From: Macrostomum hystrix
Taxonomy: Eukaryota > Animalia > Platyhelminthes
Length of the DNA: 64,000 nucleotides
Assembly: GCA_950097015.1 (NCBI GenBank)
Contig: CATNEN010000039.1
Coordinates: 19,530,001 to 19,594,000 of the forward strand
Direction: 5' to 3'
The translations under genes and the position numbers were made by a program. This document shows positions 26,759-39,614 of the stretch, one piece after another (the stretch's first letter is position 1; every line of letters begins with the position of its first letter). A model generated the notes under the pieces. That model had not been told where the DNA came from. It did no database searches and was given only the letters and a program-made list of their open reading frames with translations.

Positions 26759-28001
26759 TTAGGATCCTGTTAAATTTTGATAGAACTGTGGAACCGATCG
26801 AAATCGGTAGATTTTTCGTGGTTTGATGAGGCCATGATGTCTTTTTTGTATATTAGACTAGTAAAGGCTGCCCCCTTTTCTATGGAATGAATTTTATCTG
26901 GAGTATACCAATCTGGATCTGATACTTTTTTAGTTGACGTATTCGTATACGTATGCTCTGCAGATTGTCAAGAGCCATGATTTAAGCAACAGAGCTCATC
27001 CGCTCGAGTTCAGATGCACTCGGGTGCTGAACATATACTATACGAGTATTTAACCGTTCAAATTTAGTCAGCAACGCAAAAAAGATTAGATTCTAAAAAA
27101 ACTAGCTCTGACTCTAAAAAACGGTTTTAAAAACTGCGAATATGCTCGCAGCTTTAATATAGTTCGCAGACAGACGCCCCTGGTGAATATGAAATAATTT
27201 AATTCAGTTTAGTCAAAATTCCAAGCTGCACTTTACAAACACACGATTTTTTAAGACTTGGACTTTCTTGGAATTTCCTAAATGCGCTTTCTCGTTTTTT
27301 TAATGGCTTGTCTTACAGTTTTCTGTGCAATAATTTGATAGAAAGTCGCTAAATGCTTTGCTTTTGACATGATATCTCGTTGTGTTTCCGCCTAAAAACT
27401 AATAGTTTCCTGTGAACTAGCCCTTGATCTGCACCTATACTTGATGCTCTTTCAGTATTTACTATTCCTATTTCAATCACTCGCTTTCTTAGAACATTTT
27501 TACATATTGATTCCGCTTACGCCCGAAATTTGCATCACGAAAAAGGTCACTATTGAATGTAGTGGAATAATATTTACTGAAGTAGATTAATCGATAACTT
27601 TTCTGGCCTTTCTGTCCGGTTGTCCATCGAATAGGGCACGATCTGCCGTATCTCTTCGCGTGCCCAGGCCGACATCAGGGATAAACCCAGAGCCACCTGG
27701 CTCGGCCTGCTTGACTGACTCCCGTTCTTGTGTCCTGGTGGACGCTGTTCGAGGACCCGGTGGCTACAACAAACTCGTGCCAGTCTCTCTACTAAACTCT
27801 GCTTTAACTAAAATATTTTTCACCATGGATAAAGCCAAGAAGCCATAAATTATAATATATTGAGCTGTATATTTATTAATCTTGAGTAAACAGATAAAAT
27901 ATGAATTCATGACCTCATCCATTTTTATGCACACTTGGCGACACGAAGACAGAACTGAAATTCAGAATGCATAAAATATAATTATTTACAAATATGGTCA
28001 A

Positions 28002-28206
28002 ACGCCGCTAGTGCAGACAACGGAATGGCTAGCCAGATCACGTACTCGCGAATTCGCTCAGCAATGCTACTTTTTAGCAATATACTTATTCAGTCTATAT
28101 TATATATAGAGCCATAGACCTCGCATATTCTTAGCTGCACGGAGTGTAGTAGCCAATGGGGTGTGCCCACCCACCGGCAGCTTTGCGGGTTGGGTATCGG
28201 ACTCGA
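28002..28206 (+). mobile_element. Dispersed repeat with a Helitron-like 3' hairpin, copy 2
   Basis: High similarity to 12427-12628. Confidence 0.55.
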
Positions 28207-29135
28207 TACCGATATCGATAACTTTTCTGGCCTCTATTAATTTTGAAGACTATATCATTCTTTGATTCATTGAAAAGCGATAAGACTACAATAATTATTG
28301 TCAGGCGAAGCATATATATACTACTAATTATTTGGCAGTAGTATTTCTATGGCATAAAACCATATTTCTCTAGTCTTCTCTCAGATAACCAAACATGAAA
28401 TAATAACATTTGTTGAAACGCGTTCTTAAAAACGGTAGGCGAAACGCTGGAACTTCGAAAGTCGTGATAAACAGTAGGACCAATGTTCATTTAGTCATTT
28501 TGCCGCCCGTTTTTTAAACCAATCGGGGGAATGACAATTATTTAGGCCGTATGTTTTTGTAACTTTTTAAAGTTCATGGGCGTATAGCCAAAGGGCAGAG
28601 GGCACCCCTCGGATGACCTTCAACGCCATACATCAGTGGTCAGGAAAAGGCGAGGATTAAAGAAAAGTACGTATTAAGCTTGTAAAATAAATTCGGACGA
28701 ATATAAGTATTGAAAATTAATAGGAATAATATAATATAGGAATATAAATATTGTTGGTCAGTAGGATTGTCAGTTTTGACCTCATATAAACATTTTTTGT
28801 CATTTAATATATCGATTATTTATTTGCCAAACCTATGTTTTACAGTAGCAGTATTTCATTCTATAATTCGGTGTTTTAGGGTTTGTAAAGATATGCTTCA
28901 CTGAAATAATTTTGTGTAGGTCAATACAATGATACCGAAACACAGACAGGACTGAGGGGGGAAACAATAGCATGCGACTTCTGCCACCTGCTGCAGAGGC
29001 GGTGCTGAGACATAAAGAAAAATTAATCTACTATTTTAAGAGGAAAACAACTTTGCCACGAGAAACAATGCGCTTGAACGATAGCCAGTAAGAACTGGCT
29101 AATAAAAGCAGAGCTTCACTCGTCATTTACAACAA

Positions 29136-30291
29136 ATGGCGTTCAGGCGACTTCACCTGCAGCTTTTGGTTCTGACGTCGTTGCTTCTGACGGCGGTGGC
29201 TGCGCAAGAGGCAAATATTTCCCACCTCAACAAATCTGACGATGATGCTAAAGAGGCAGCCAATGGCGTCGAAGCGTCACGTGACTGCTCTGTCCCGAGA
29301 AGAGCGACTGTGCAGGACGCTATGAACGAGCTCTTCACCTGTTTGCTTCAGTCTCACATTGAATCGACTGAGGTCTTCCGACTGGCAAGGTGTGGATTGA
29401 CTTGCTGCACACAATTATTTGTCTGAATAGTAACTATATGTTCAATGTTCAATTCTTCAATGCCATTTGAAGATGTGGTGTTCATATACCGCTTGCACTC
29501 AAGTACATGTAGTTTAGAATTCGATTCTTGATTCGAACCAAACCAACCGCAGTCAAATTAACTTCGGCGGCATCGCTGGCAACGGCGTCACGCAGAGCCC
29601 TCTGCTCACACGTCTCTACTCTGTTGCCAAGGTAACAGCGGCTAGCGACAGCTATAGGCGCTATTTCGAGGTGGCCACCATTTTTACACCGGTGCTGGGC
29701 AGTAACGAGATTCGTGGACCCACCGAGCTGGCTCGCGAGTCCGCCTACCTGGCTTACCTGGCTGCGTCGCCATTTATTCGCGACGCCTACGCTACCCTGG
29801 TTGCCAACGGAGCAGTCAGCTCCGCGACATCGCTGAACCAGTTCGTCTACAAGACCCTGTACGATCATTGGTTCAAACTGTACGCCCGCACCGCGAAGGC
29901 GCACGAGAGCGGCTTGCGCGAGAGCTCCGGCTTTGGTCACGTGTTCGTCGGCGAGGTGAAGTCCAAGGAGGTCACCGGCTTCCACAACTGGCTACAGCTG
30001 CTACTGGCCGAAACTCAGCGAACGTTCGACTACAAGGGCTACGTGAGAATTGAGAACAGCTCCGTGCTGATTGGCGGCATCCAGTTCAGCTGGCTGGGCA
30101 GGTCGAAGCCGCTCTCCAGCGTGATGTTCGGCGTACCGCCGGAGTTCGAGCTCGCGCTCTACTCGGCCTGCTTTATTGTGAACCCCGGCCGTCGGACCAA
30201 CCTGTCAATCAAGGGCCGCCCGGTGTCAGTGCAGACCCACTTTGTGAGCCACCAGCCAGAGTCTGTGGCTACCGCCTATCCTATTGTCTAA
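29136..30291 (+). CDS. ENDOU: Secreted EndoU/XendoU-family uridylate-specific endoribonuclease, about 330 aa
   Basis: Exons 29136-29389 and 29553-30291 (phase 2, 993 nt). Signal peptide; motifs WFKLY, SSGFGHVFVGE, GFHNWLQ, K-P-x-S-S, G-x-P-P-EFELALYS, V-x-TAYP. Confidence 0.88.
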
Positions 30292-31143
30292 CAGGAGTTA
30301 AGAAACAGCAAATATATGGACCTAGCTGGAAATTCAAGTGCAGCTCATTCATCTCAAATTTATTTGCTTTTACGAGTATAATCTCAATAGGATAAAAAGC
30401 CTTTGATAGTTTTAGATTTGAGATTTTTCTCAACGAGCTTTTTTCTTTAAGGTATCAAGGACTTTTCACCTTGTTTTCTCCTTTCTTCACTGATTTACCG
30501 TAATTGGGACTAATTTACAGAGATAAGAAGTTAGAGGTAAGACAGGGTAGAGCTATGACACTGTTGAGATGAAACAGTTGTGAGAGAGTCGAGTCAGGGA
30601 GAGATGAGTAAATGGGAGAGATGGGACGGGCGACAGATGAGACAGGGATAGATGAGACTTTTTTCCCTCTTACCGATGAAAAAACTTTCAGAATCACAAA
30701 ATATCGGTTGTCGAGATATTCGACGATTCTCGGCGGGTTGTATGGTGGCAAAACCAACAGTATAAGCTTAATTGACTGCTCACAATATTTAATAAAGCAA
30801 CTCCACTTGTTTATTGACCATTGGGTTTTGTTGTATAATTAAGCACTATTGTTGCTTCATTATCATTATGCAGTATACATACTGCAGTTTGGCAACGGAT
30901 ATGCATGCGTACTTTTACCTGCTTCAGTCAGTAAAAGCTGGAATCTAAATAAATAATTTTAGCCTAAATATAATGCGGATGTTTTGGTTTGCAAGATATC
31001 CGAGGCCAAAAATTAGCCAAGAAGTTGTGTTTATTTCAGCTCACTGTTGCAGAAAACAAGAGGCATAGATCATTTGTGAGGCGGTGTATATAACACTGCG
31101 ATAGAGTTTTTAAGTTTCACATTGTTGATTTAAAAACGGTCTC

Positions 31144-32295
31144 TCATCCTTCAGTGGGACGCATCTCGGTAGTTTCTGGCAGTCCAAAGCCACTGCTGAA
31201 TCGCATTCCGTCACCCTGGCTCTTGATCAGACTCAGCAGGCTCGCACGGAATTTTTTATATCGGTGCAGCATCACAGCCAGGTTAGTAGTTTGAGCTACT
31301 ATCGGCAGCGACTTAAAAATAAACATCAGATTTAGAAGAATTTTTGCCGCATTTGAGACCCTAGCAGCCGATTCAGGTGGAGTCAGGATGTCCATTAGCC
31401 ACTGCAGAGCTAGGCCTGGCAAATTCAACAGCAGCGTCACTAAGGACATCACCAGAACTGTGATCGCGCCGCTCAACTGCTGGCCTTTTCTCATAGCTGT
31501 GCCTTCGGCCAAGTTTCTCTTTCGCTCCCTGATGGCTCGAGCCACGCAGAATATTAACAGCAGGTTGAGAATCAGAATGGCTAGTAGGGCAACAGATGGC
31601 GGATAGCACACCATATTCATATAAATCATGATGTAGTCCAGGTTAGCAAAGTAGCAGGACAGCACAGTATTCCCGGCCCCGTCTTTGAAGGCGGTCTGGG
31701 TTGCTAGGAAACCCGGCGGCAAAGCCAGCAGGGCCGACACAAGCAAGACAATGAGTACAAATTTAATAGCTGTTCTAGGTCCGATGAGGCGGAGTCGAAA
31801 TGGGAACAGCAGGGACAGAGTCCGGTCGGCAACCATGGCCAGAATGAGCGACACTGGCACCAGGTGGCAAAACCCGGTGATGTAAAAGAAAGCTTTGCAG
31901 CCAGTTTGACCAGAGTTCATCATGAAGTAGGACAACCGACCGCCGGAAATCCAGGGCAGGCCGCGGTTCAGAAATCCGGCAAGCAGTCCGAACACCGGCA
32001 TGGTGACGCTGTCGACCGAAGCAATGCATCCGAAGTACACATTCTGCCTGGTTAGCGGCCGTATTCTAAACAGAGTCACCCAGCTGGTGAGACAGTTGGC
32101 AAAGAACCCAACGCACAATAAGGGAAAGAACACAAATGCGGAGTACGCGCCGACAATGGTGGACGTGACACAGCCGATGTACCTGGCCGAATTGCCGCTC
32201 TGGCAGTCACTCAGCAGCGACATCGGATTGTTGCTATAGTACACGTGCGTTTTTGACTCGATAGGAAAAGACTCATTGTTGCGAATCTCGGCCAT
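31144..32295 (-). CDS. Intronless class-A (rhodopsin-like) GPCR, orphan/peptide-receptor type, about 383 aa
   Basis: Seven hydrophobic segments; TM1 GFFAN, TM2 IASVD, GCK, MVADRTLSL.FP, ECL2 Cys, helix-8 KKFR. First ATG at 32295; the open frame extends to 32385. Confidence 0.9.
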   Translation of the reverse strand: MAEIRNNESFPIESKTHVYYSNNPMSLLSDCQSGNSARYIGCVTSTIVGAYSAFVFFPLLCVGFFANCLTSWVTLFRIRPLTRQNVYFGCIASVDSVTMPVFGLLAGFLNRGLPWISGGRLSYFMMNSGQTGCKAFFYITGFCHLVPVSLILAMVADRTLSLLFPFRLRLIGPRTAIKFVLIVLLVSALLALPPGFLATQTAFKDGAGNTVLSCYFANLDYIMIYMNMVCYPPSVALLAILILNLLLIFCVARAIRERKRNLAEGTAMRKGQQLSGAITVLVMSLVTLLLNLPGLALQWLMDILTPPESAARVSNAAKILLNLMFIFKSLPIVAQTTNLAVMLHRYKKFRASLLSLIKSQGDGMRFSSGFGLPETTEMRPTEG

Positions 32296-32495
32296 TTTGA
32301 AGGCCGTGTTTCTTGACGCTGTCTGAGCTTTGATTCTTCGATCACTTCCCGAGTTTATGTATGTCACACGAGGGTCTCTGTTCACAACTAATCAAAATTG
32401 AGCAGCAATAAACTCAGTTGAGACTGCACTCCCTGATTCTATTGGTTCGAGTCATTAAGATAAAAGCTAAAGTTAGTACGAAGGAAGCTTGTGCT

Positions 32496-34600
32496 CCTTC
32501 GAATCCAAGGTGGTGCCTTCCGAATTCACGTTGATGCCCTGCCAAAATAAGGTGGTGCTCTCCGAATCCAAGGTGGTGCCCTCCGAATCCAAGGAGATGC
32601 ACTCCGAATCCAAGTTTTTGCCCCCGAATCCAAGGTGATGATATCCGAATCCAAGGAGATGCAATCCGAATCCAAGGAGACGCTCTCCGAATCCAAGGAG
32701 ATGCTCTCGGAATCCATGGTGATGCTCTCCGAATCCAAGGAGGTGCTCTCCGAATCCAAGGAGGTGCTCTCCGAATCCAAGTTTGTGCCCTCCGAATCCA
32801 AGGTGGTGCCCTCCGAATCCTAGGTGATGCTCTCCGAATCCTAGGTGATGCTCTCCGAATCCAAGGTGATGCTCTCCGAATCCAAGGTGGTGCCCTCCGA
32901 ATCCAAGTTTTTGCCCCCGAATCCAAGGTGATGATATCCGAATCCAAGGAGATGCAATCCGAATCCAAGGAGATGCTCTCCGAATCCAAGGAGATGCTCT
33001 CGGAATCCAAGGTGATGCTCTCCGAATCCAAGGAGGTGCTCTCCGAATCCAAGGAGGTGCTCTCCGAATCCAAGTTTGTGCCCTCCGAATCCAAGGTGGT
33101 GCTCTCCGAATCCTAGGTGATGCTCTCCGAATCCAAGGTGATGCTCTCCGAATCCAAGGAGATGCAATCCGAATCCAAGGAGGTGCCCTCCGAATCCAAG
33201 GTGGTGCCCTCCGAATCCTAGGTGATGCTCTCCGAATCCAAGGAGGTGCTCTCCGAATCCAAGGAGGTGCCCTCCGAATCCATGGTGGTGCCCTCCGAAT
33301 CCATGGTGGTGCTCTCCGAATCCAAGGTGATGCTCTCCGAATCCAAGGTGATGCTCTCCGAATCCAAGGTGATGCTCTCCGAATCCAAGGAGATGCTCTC
33401 GGAATCCAAGGTGATGCTCTCCGAATGCAAGGAGATGCTCTCCGAATCCAAGGTGATGCTCTCCGAATCCAAGGAGATGCTCTCGGAATCCAAGGTGATG
33501 CTCTCCGAATCCAAGGAGATGCTCTCCGAATCCAAGGTGATGCTCTCCGAATCCAAGGTGATGCTCTCCGAATCCAAGGAGATGCTCTCCGAATCCAAGG
33601 AGATGCTCTCCGAATCCAAGGTGATGCTATCCGAATCCAAGTTTGTGTCCCCGAATCCAAGCTGATGCTATCCAAGTTTGTGCCCCCGAATCCATGGTGT
33701 TTCCCTCCGAATCCTAGTTGGTGCCTTCCGAATCCAAGGAGATGCTCTCGGAATCCAAGGTGATGCTTTCGGAATCCAAGGTGATGCTCTCCGAATCCAA
33801 GGAGGTGCTCTCCGAATCCAAGTTTGTGCCCTCCGAATCCAAGGTGGTGCCCTCCGAATCCTAGGTGATGCTCTCCGAATCCTAGGTGATGCTCTCCGAA
33901 TCCTAGGTGATGCTCTCCGAATCCAAGTTTGTGCCCTCCGAATCCATGGTGGTGCCCTCCGAATCCAAGGTGATGCTCTCCGAATCCAAGGAGATGCTCT
34001 CGGAATCCAAGGTGATGCTCTCCGAATCCAAGGAGATGCTCTCCGAATCCAAGGAGATGCTCTCCGAATCCAAGGAGGTGCCCTCCGAATCCAAGGAGAT
34101 GCTCTCCGAATCCAAGGAGGTGCCCTCCGAATCCAAGGAGGTGCCCTCCGAATCCAAGGAGATGCTCTCCGAATCCAAGGTGATGCTCTCCGAATCCAAG
34201 GAGATGCTCTCCGAATCCAAGGAGGTGTCCTCCGAATCCAAGGAGATGCTCTCCGAATCCAAGGAGATGCTCTCCGAATCCAAGGTGGTGCTCTCCGAAT
34301 CCAAGGAGGTGCCCTCCGAATCCAAGGAGATGCTCTCCGAATCCAAGGTGATGCTCTCCGAATCCAAGGTGATGCTCTCCGAATCCAAGGTGATGCTCTC
34401 CGAATCCAAGGTGATGCTCTCCGAATCCAAGGTGATGCTCTCCGAATCCAAGGAGGTGCTCTCCGAAACCAAGTTTGTGTCCCCGAATCCAAGCTGATGC
34501 TATCCAAGTTTGTGCCCCCGAATCCATGGTGTTTCCCTCCGAATCCTAGTTGGTGCCTTCCGAATCCAAGATGATGCTCTCTGAATCCTAGGTGGTGCCC
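32496..34600. repeat. Tandem array, 21-bp unit CCGAATCCAAGGTGATGCTCT, about 100 units
   Basis: Directly visible; the unit is a multiple of 3, which explains long ORFs on both strands. Confidence 0.97.
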
Positions 34601-35132
34601 TACTTAAAGAAATTCACGCTTTTAATTATGAAAAACGTAATCTGCAGATGAATGACGCTCGTAGAATATGAACGCCTAAACTTGTGTTTTAATACTGTGC
34701 AGATGGGACGGGGATTTTCTAACAGAGATAAGGAAGGCAACAACTATAGCCTTTCCTGCCGAGTAGGATAAAGAAGGCCTGATTTCCAGCGACTTCTGGA
34801 AGCTCCTTTTCTACAAAACAAGCCAACGCCCTGTCAACTGAATATCATAGCCTAGATCGATAGCTGTTAAGGCACGCAACGTTGTCAAGCCGAATATTTT
34901 TTGTAGACAGTAGAATCGTTTAAAATATTGGATGGGATTGGATCTTTTAATCCGATTATAACGTCACAAAATTTAACACAATAAGCAACCAAATTTTCGA
35001 CAGCTAAACATCCAGAATTAAAGATTAAGTGATTAAAGGTACCGGGGCACGCATTCCTCAAGCGTGATTGATTTTCCAGACAGGATTAGTTGGGGACAAA
35101 AAAATTCAAGGGCGATTTTGGCAACATCATAT

Positions 35133-36245
35133 AAGAGACAGGGGAGATATGAGACAGGGGAGAGATAAGGCAGAGGAGAGATGAGACAGGGGAGAGATGA
35201 GACAGGGGAGAGATAAGACAGGGGAGAGATGAGACAGGGAAGAGATGAGACGGGAGATATGAGACAGGAGAGAAATGAGACGGGAGATATGAGACAGGGA
35301 AGAGATGAGACGGGATTTATGAGACAGGAGAGATATGAGACAGGGGAGATATGAGACAGGGGAGAGATGAGACAGGAGAGATATGAGACAGGGGAGAGAT
35401 GAGACAGGGAAGAGATGAGACGGGAGATATGAGACAGGAGAGAAATGAGACGGGAGATATGAGACAGGGAAGAGATGAGACAGGGAAGAGATGAGACAGG
35501 GGAGATATGAGACAGGAGAGATATGAGACAGGGGAGAGATGAGACAGGGAAGAGATGAGACAGGGGATATATGAGACAGGGAAGAGATAAGGTAGTGGAG
35601 AGATGAGACAGGGAAGAGATGAGACAGGAGAGATATGAGACAGGGGAGAGATGAGACAGGGAAGAGATGAGACAGGGGAGATATGAGACAGGGAAGAGAT
35701 GAGACAGGGGATATATGAGACAGGGGTGAGATGAGACAGGGGAGATATGAGACAGGGGTGAGATGAGACAGGGGAGAGATAAGGTAGTGGAGAGATGAGA
35801 CAGGGAAGAGATGAGACAGGAGAGATATGAGACAGGGGAGAGATAAGACAGGGGTGAGATGAGACAGGGGAGATATGAGACAGGGGTGAGATGAGACAGG
35901 GGAGATATGAGACAGGGGTGAGATGAGACAGGGAAGAGATGAGACAGGGAAGAGATGAGACAGGGGAGATATGAGACAGGAGAGATATGAGACAGGGGAG
36001 AGATGAGACAGGGGAGATATGAGACAGGGGATATATGAGACAGGAAGAGATAAGGTAGTGGAGAGATGAGACAGGGAAGAGATGAGACAGGGGTGAGATG
36101 AGACAGGGGAGATATGAGACAGGGGTGAGATGAGACAGGGGAGATATGAGACAGGGGTGAGATGAGACAGGGGAGATATGAGACAGGGGTGAGATGAGAC
36201 AGGGGAGATATGAGACAGGGTGAGATGAGACAGGGGAGATAAGGT
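35133..36245. repeat. Purine-rich tandem array, 16-17-bp unit GAGACAGGGGAGATAT-like
   Basis: Directly visible; a short related stretch occurs at about 30595-30657. Confidence 0.95.
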
Positions 36246-36830
36246 AAATGATGCAACGCTAATTAGGGTCCAATAAATTTATTCGTATGGGGCAAAGAAT
36301 TGTACGACGGAGAGAGCACAAACTATATTTTATTATTATGCTTCAAGCAAAAAAAACAATTTTTGGTTGTTTAACTTTTGCTTAAAGAGAGAAACACAGC
36401 AATAAGCAATTATAAAACAACAAATCGATACTACCGAAAACTGAAGCAGAGATTAACAGCAAAATAACATTTAGTTAACAGAATTTCCTAAAAACTTTGG
36501 CGAAGCTAACAGAAAATAGAAGCCACAGTCGCATTGCTTTGCTATTCAATTACATTAGTTTCAAAAGCCTATTTGGCAACATAAGCATATACAGACTATA
36601 TAGAAAACGACAACAAACTTAAATTAGCCAAAGCATGTTTTGTTCTGATATGTTGCAAGTAGATTCTGAAATCAAACAGAGGGTGACACAAAATGCACTG
36701 ATCATATAAACTGCACTAGTTTTCAGTAATCATTTATAAAAGCAATTGATTTGACACAAAAACCAAATATAAAATAAACTCACTTGCTTAAAATACTGAT
36801 TTAGGAAGTTAACAATTTTAAACAGAAACA

Positions 36831-38220
36831 ATTCGAGAATTCGAGAATTCGATTTCCCCTGAAGGGATTCGAGAATTCAGGGCAATTGAGAATTCAGGGG
36901 ATTTGAGAATTTAGAGGATTTAAGAATTTAGAGGATTTGAGAATTTAGAGGATCTGAGAATTCAGAGGATTTGAGAATTCAGGGGAATTGAGAATTCAGG
37001 GGAATTGAGAATTCAGGGGAATTGAGAATTCAGGGGATCTGAGAATTCAGGGGAATTGAGAATTCAGGGGAATTGAGAATTTAGAGGATTTGAGAATTCA
37101 GAGGATTTGAGAATTCAGGGGAATTGAGAATTCAGGGGATTTGAGAATTCAGGGGATTTGAGAATTTAGGGGAATTGAGAATTTAGAGGATTTGAGAATT
37201 CAGGGGATTTGAGAATTCATGGGAATTGAGAATTTAGAGGATTTGAGAATTCAGGGGATTTGAGAATTCATGGGAATTGAGAATTCAGGTGATTTGAGAA
37301 TTTAGAGGTTTTGAGAATTCAGGGGATTTGAGAATTCATGGGAATTGAGAATTCAGGTGATTTGAGAATTTAGAGGATTTGAGAATTCAGAGGATTTGAG
37401 AATTCAGGGGAATTGAGAATTCAGGGGATTTGAGAATTCAGAGGATTTGAGAATTCAGGGGAATTGAGAATTCAGGGGATTTGAGAATTCAGGGGATTTG
37501 AGAATTTAGGGGATTTGAGAATTCAGGGAAATTGAGAATTCATGGGAATTGAGAATTCAGGGGATTTGAGAATTCAGGGGAATTGAGAATTCAGGGGATT
37601 TGAGAATTCAGGGGATTTGAGGATTCAGCGGATTTGAGAATTTAGAGGATTTGAGAATTCAGGGGATTTGAGAATTCAGGTGATTTGAGAATTTAGAGGA
37701 TTTGAGAATTCAGAGGATTTGAGAATTCAGGGGAATTGAGAATTCAGGGGATTTGAGAATTCAGGGGATTTGAGAATTCAGGGGATTTGAGAATTCAGGG
37801 GATTTGAGAATTCAGGGAAATTGAGGATTCAGGGGATTTGAGAATTTAGAGGATTTGAGAATTTAGAGGATTTGAGAATTCAGGGGATTTGAGAATTCAT
37901 GGGAATTGAGAATTCAGGGGATTTGAGAATTCAGAGGATTTGAGAATTCATGGGAATTGAGAATTCAGGGGATTTGAGAATTCAGGGGAATTGAGAATTC
38001 AGGGGATTTGAGAATTCAGGGGATTTGAGAATTCAGGGGAATTGAGAATTCAGGGGATTTGAGAATTCATGGGAATTGAGAATTCAGGGGAATTGAGAAT
38101 TCAGGGGAATTGAGAATTCAGGGGATTTGAGAATTCAGGGGATTTGAGGATTCAGCGGATTTGAGAATTCAGAGGATTTGAGAATTTAGAGGATTCGAGA
38201 ATTAAGGGGATCTAAGAATT
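36831..38220. repeat. Tandem array, 17-bp unit GAGAATTCAGGGGATTT
   Basis: Directly visible. Confidence 0.97.
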
Positions 38221-38647
38221 TATTCGGATGATTAGAGAATTCTTAGATTCTAATAATTAATAGGAAAAGAGAATTGTGTTTCAAGTATTGGGAACTAACA
38301 AATGTATTTACAACTTTAGTTTGCAAAAGAATATCAGGCAAAATTCTACGATGCTACATATTATATAGTCAAAAAGACAGACTTAATGATTGTGCTGATA
38401 ATTGGAAAAAAATTGTAAACAAATCGATTTTGCACTGACGATAAACTCATTTGCGATTGACAGAAGGAAAAACTTTGAATTAGCGAATACACATATTTTT
38501 GTGACTAGATATTACAGGTGCGTAATTACACAGAAAATATGTATCACAGAAAATGACTTCAAAGTATACACAAAAAATTACAGTAATGTTACAAACTTCT
38601 ATTAAAAGTCAATGATTGACAAAGAATCATTTTAGCATGCTGCTAAA

Positions 38648-39012
38648 CCCTGTAAAAAATTCGGCTGCTTCTTCGGCGGGTTTTTTGTGCAAAATAGGAG
38701 TGGAATCTACCAAAATCCCCCCTATCTCGCAAGAGTTAAAGAAACCACACAGGAAGCAGCCGATGTAACCGTAAATTGTGCGGAAACCACCGAAGAATCA
38801 CCCGAACCAGTGGCCCATGGGACAACCAGAGAATTATTTACGGGCGATTCCTCGGCGGTTTCTGAGCACGGAATCTTCCGAACTGGAGGATTCTTTACGT
38901 GATTCCATTTTGCCACCAAGAAGCACCGAGAAAACGCCCAGTTGGGTAGATTCTAAGCATGGAATTCTAAGCATTCTAAGCACCCAAAGAAACATCCCTA
39001 TTTTTTAGCGGG
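38648..39012. mobile_element. Non-autonomous DNA transposon with CCC...GGG termini (CMC/EnSpm-like)
   Basis: Imperfect TIR ccctgtaaaaaa / ttttttagcggg, AA flanks, internal short inverted repeats. Confidence 0.5.
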
Positions 39013-39079
39013 AAACAGAATTTTTTGTCGTTAGATTCCATTTGTTCTTGTTAAGTTTGTCTGAAAAACGTATTCGTAG

Positions 39080-39490
39080 AAAGATCACGGGGGTATGTCA
39101 AAAATCTCTTGAAATATTCAAACAATCTAACTAACATTTTCTGCTCTGTCCTAATAAAAAAAAACTTCCAGAATGACAAAACATCGGCATCGTCAAGATA
39201 TTCAATGATTTTTCGTCGGCCTGACTGGTGACAAAAACCACAAATATAGGCATATTTTTCTGCTCACAAAATTGGATCATGCAACCATGTCGGATATCAT
39301 TACTGACTAGTTTGGATTGATGAAATTGTTAATTTTTCTAACTAATATGGATTCTCTATAGAGATGTTTATGCAGAGGAATGTTAAAATTTTGATTCAGG
39401 TGGGTGACTCGCGAAAATTAGTCATTCGGTTTAGAATCTATCGTGTAGTCGGCAGTGGGTATTTGAATACCCCCGTGATCTTTCACCAGG
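39080..39490. mobile_element. Dispersed repeat with 18-bp inverted repeats (GAAAGATCACGGGGGTAT)
   Basis: Inverted repeats at 39080 and ~39468-39485; a diverged inverted copy of the interior lies at ~62848-63170. Confidence 0.6.
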
Positions 39491-39614
39491 GAGAAAAATA
39501 GCAAGGTTTTTAACTGTTAATAGTCATAAAAATAACTTTATAGCCATATCACGCTACTGACAAGTAGGCGGCGATATTTTTCCAGGATGGGAAAAAATAC
39601 ACATTGGATCGCAA

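Noticed and set aside
32414-34574. Long ORFs (up to 684 aa) on both strands with GFGEHHL / SESKVML / WIRRASP repeats
   Set aside because: They arise from a 21-bp satellite lacking stops in several frames; no unique domain, frames switch at indels, and both strands are equally open.
35033-36256. 407-aa LPCLISPLSH-repeat ORF, and similar ORFs at 15205, 16873, 18104, 23080 and 57249
   Set aside because: Translations of non-coding tandem arrays.
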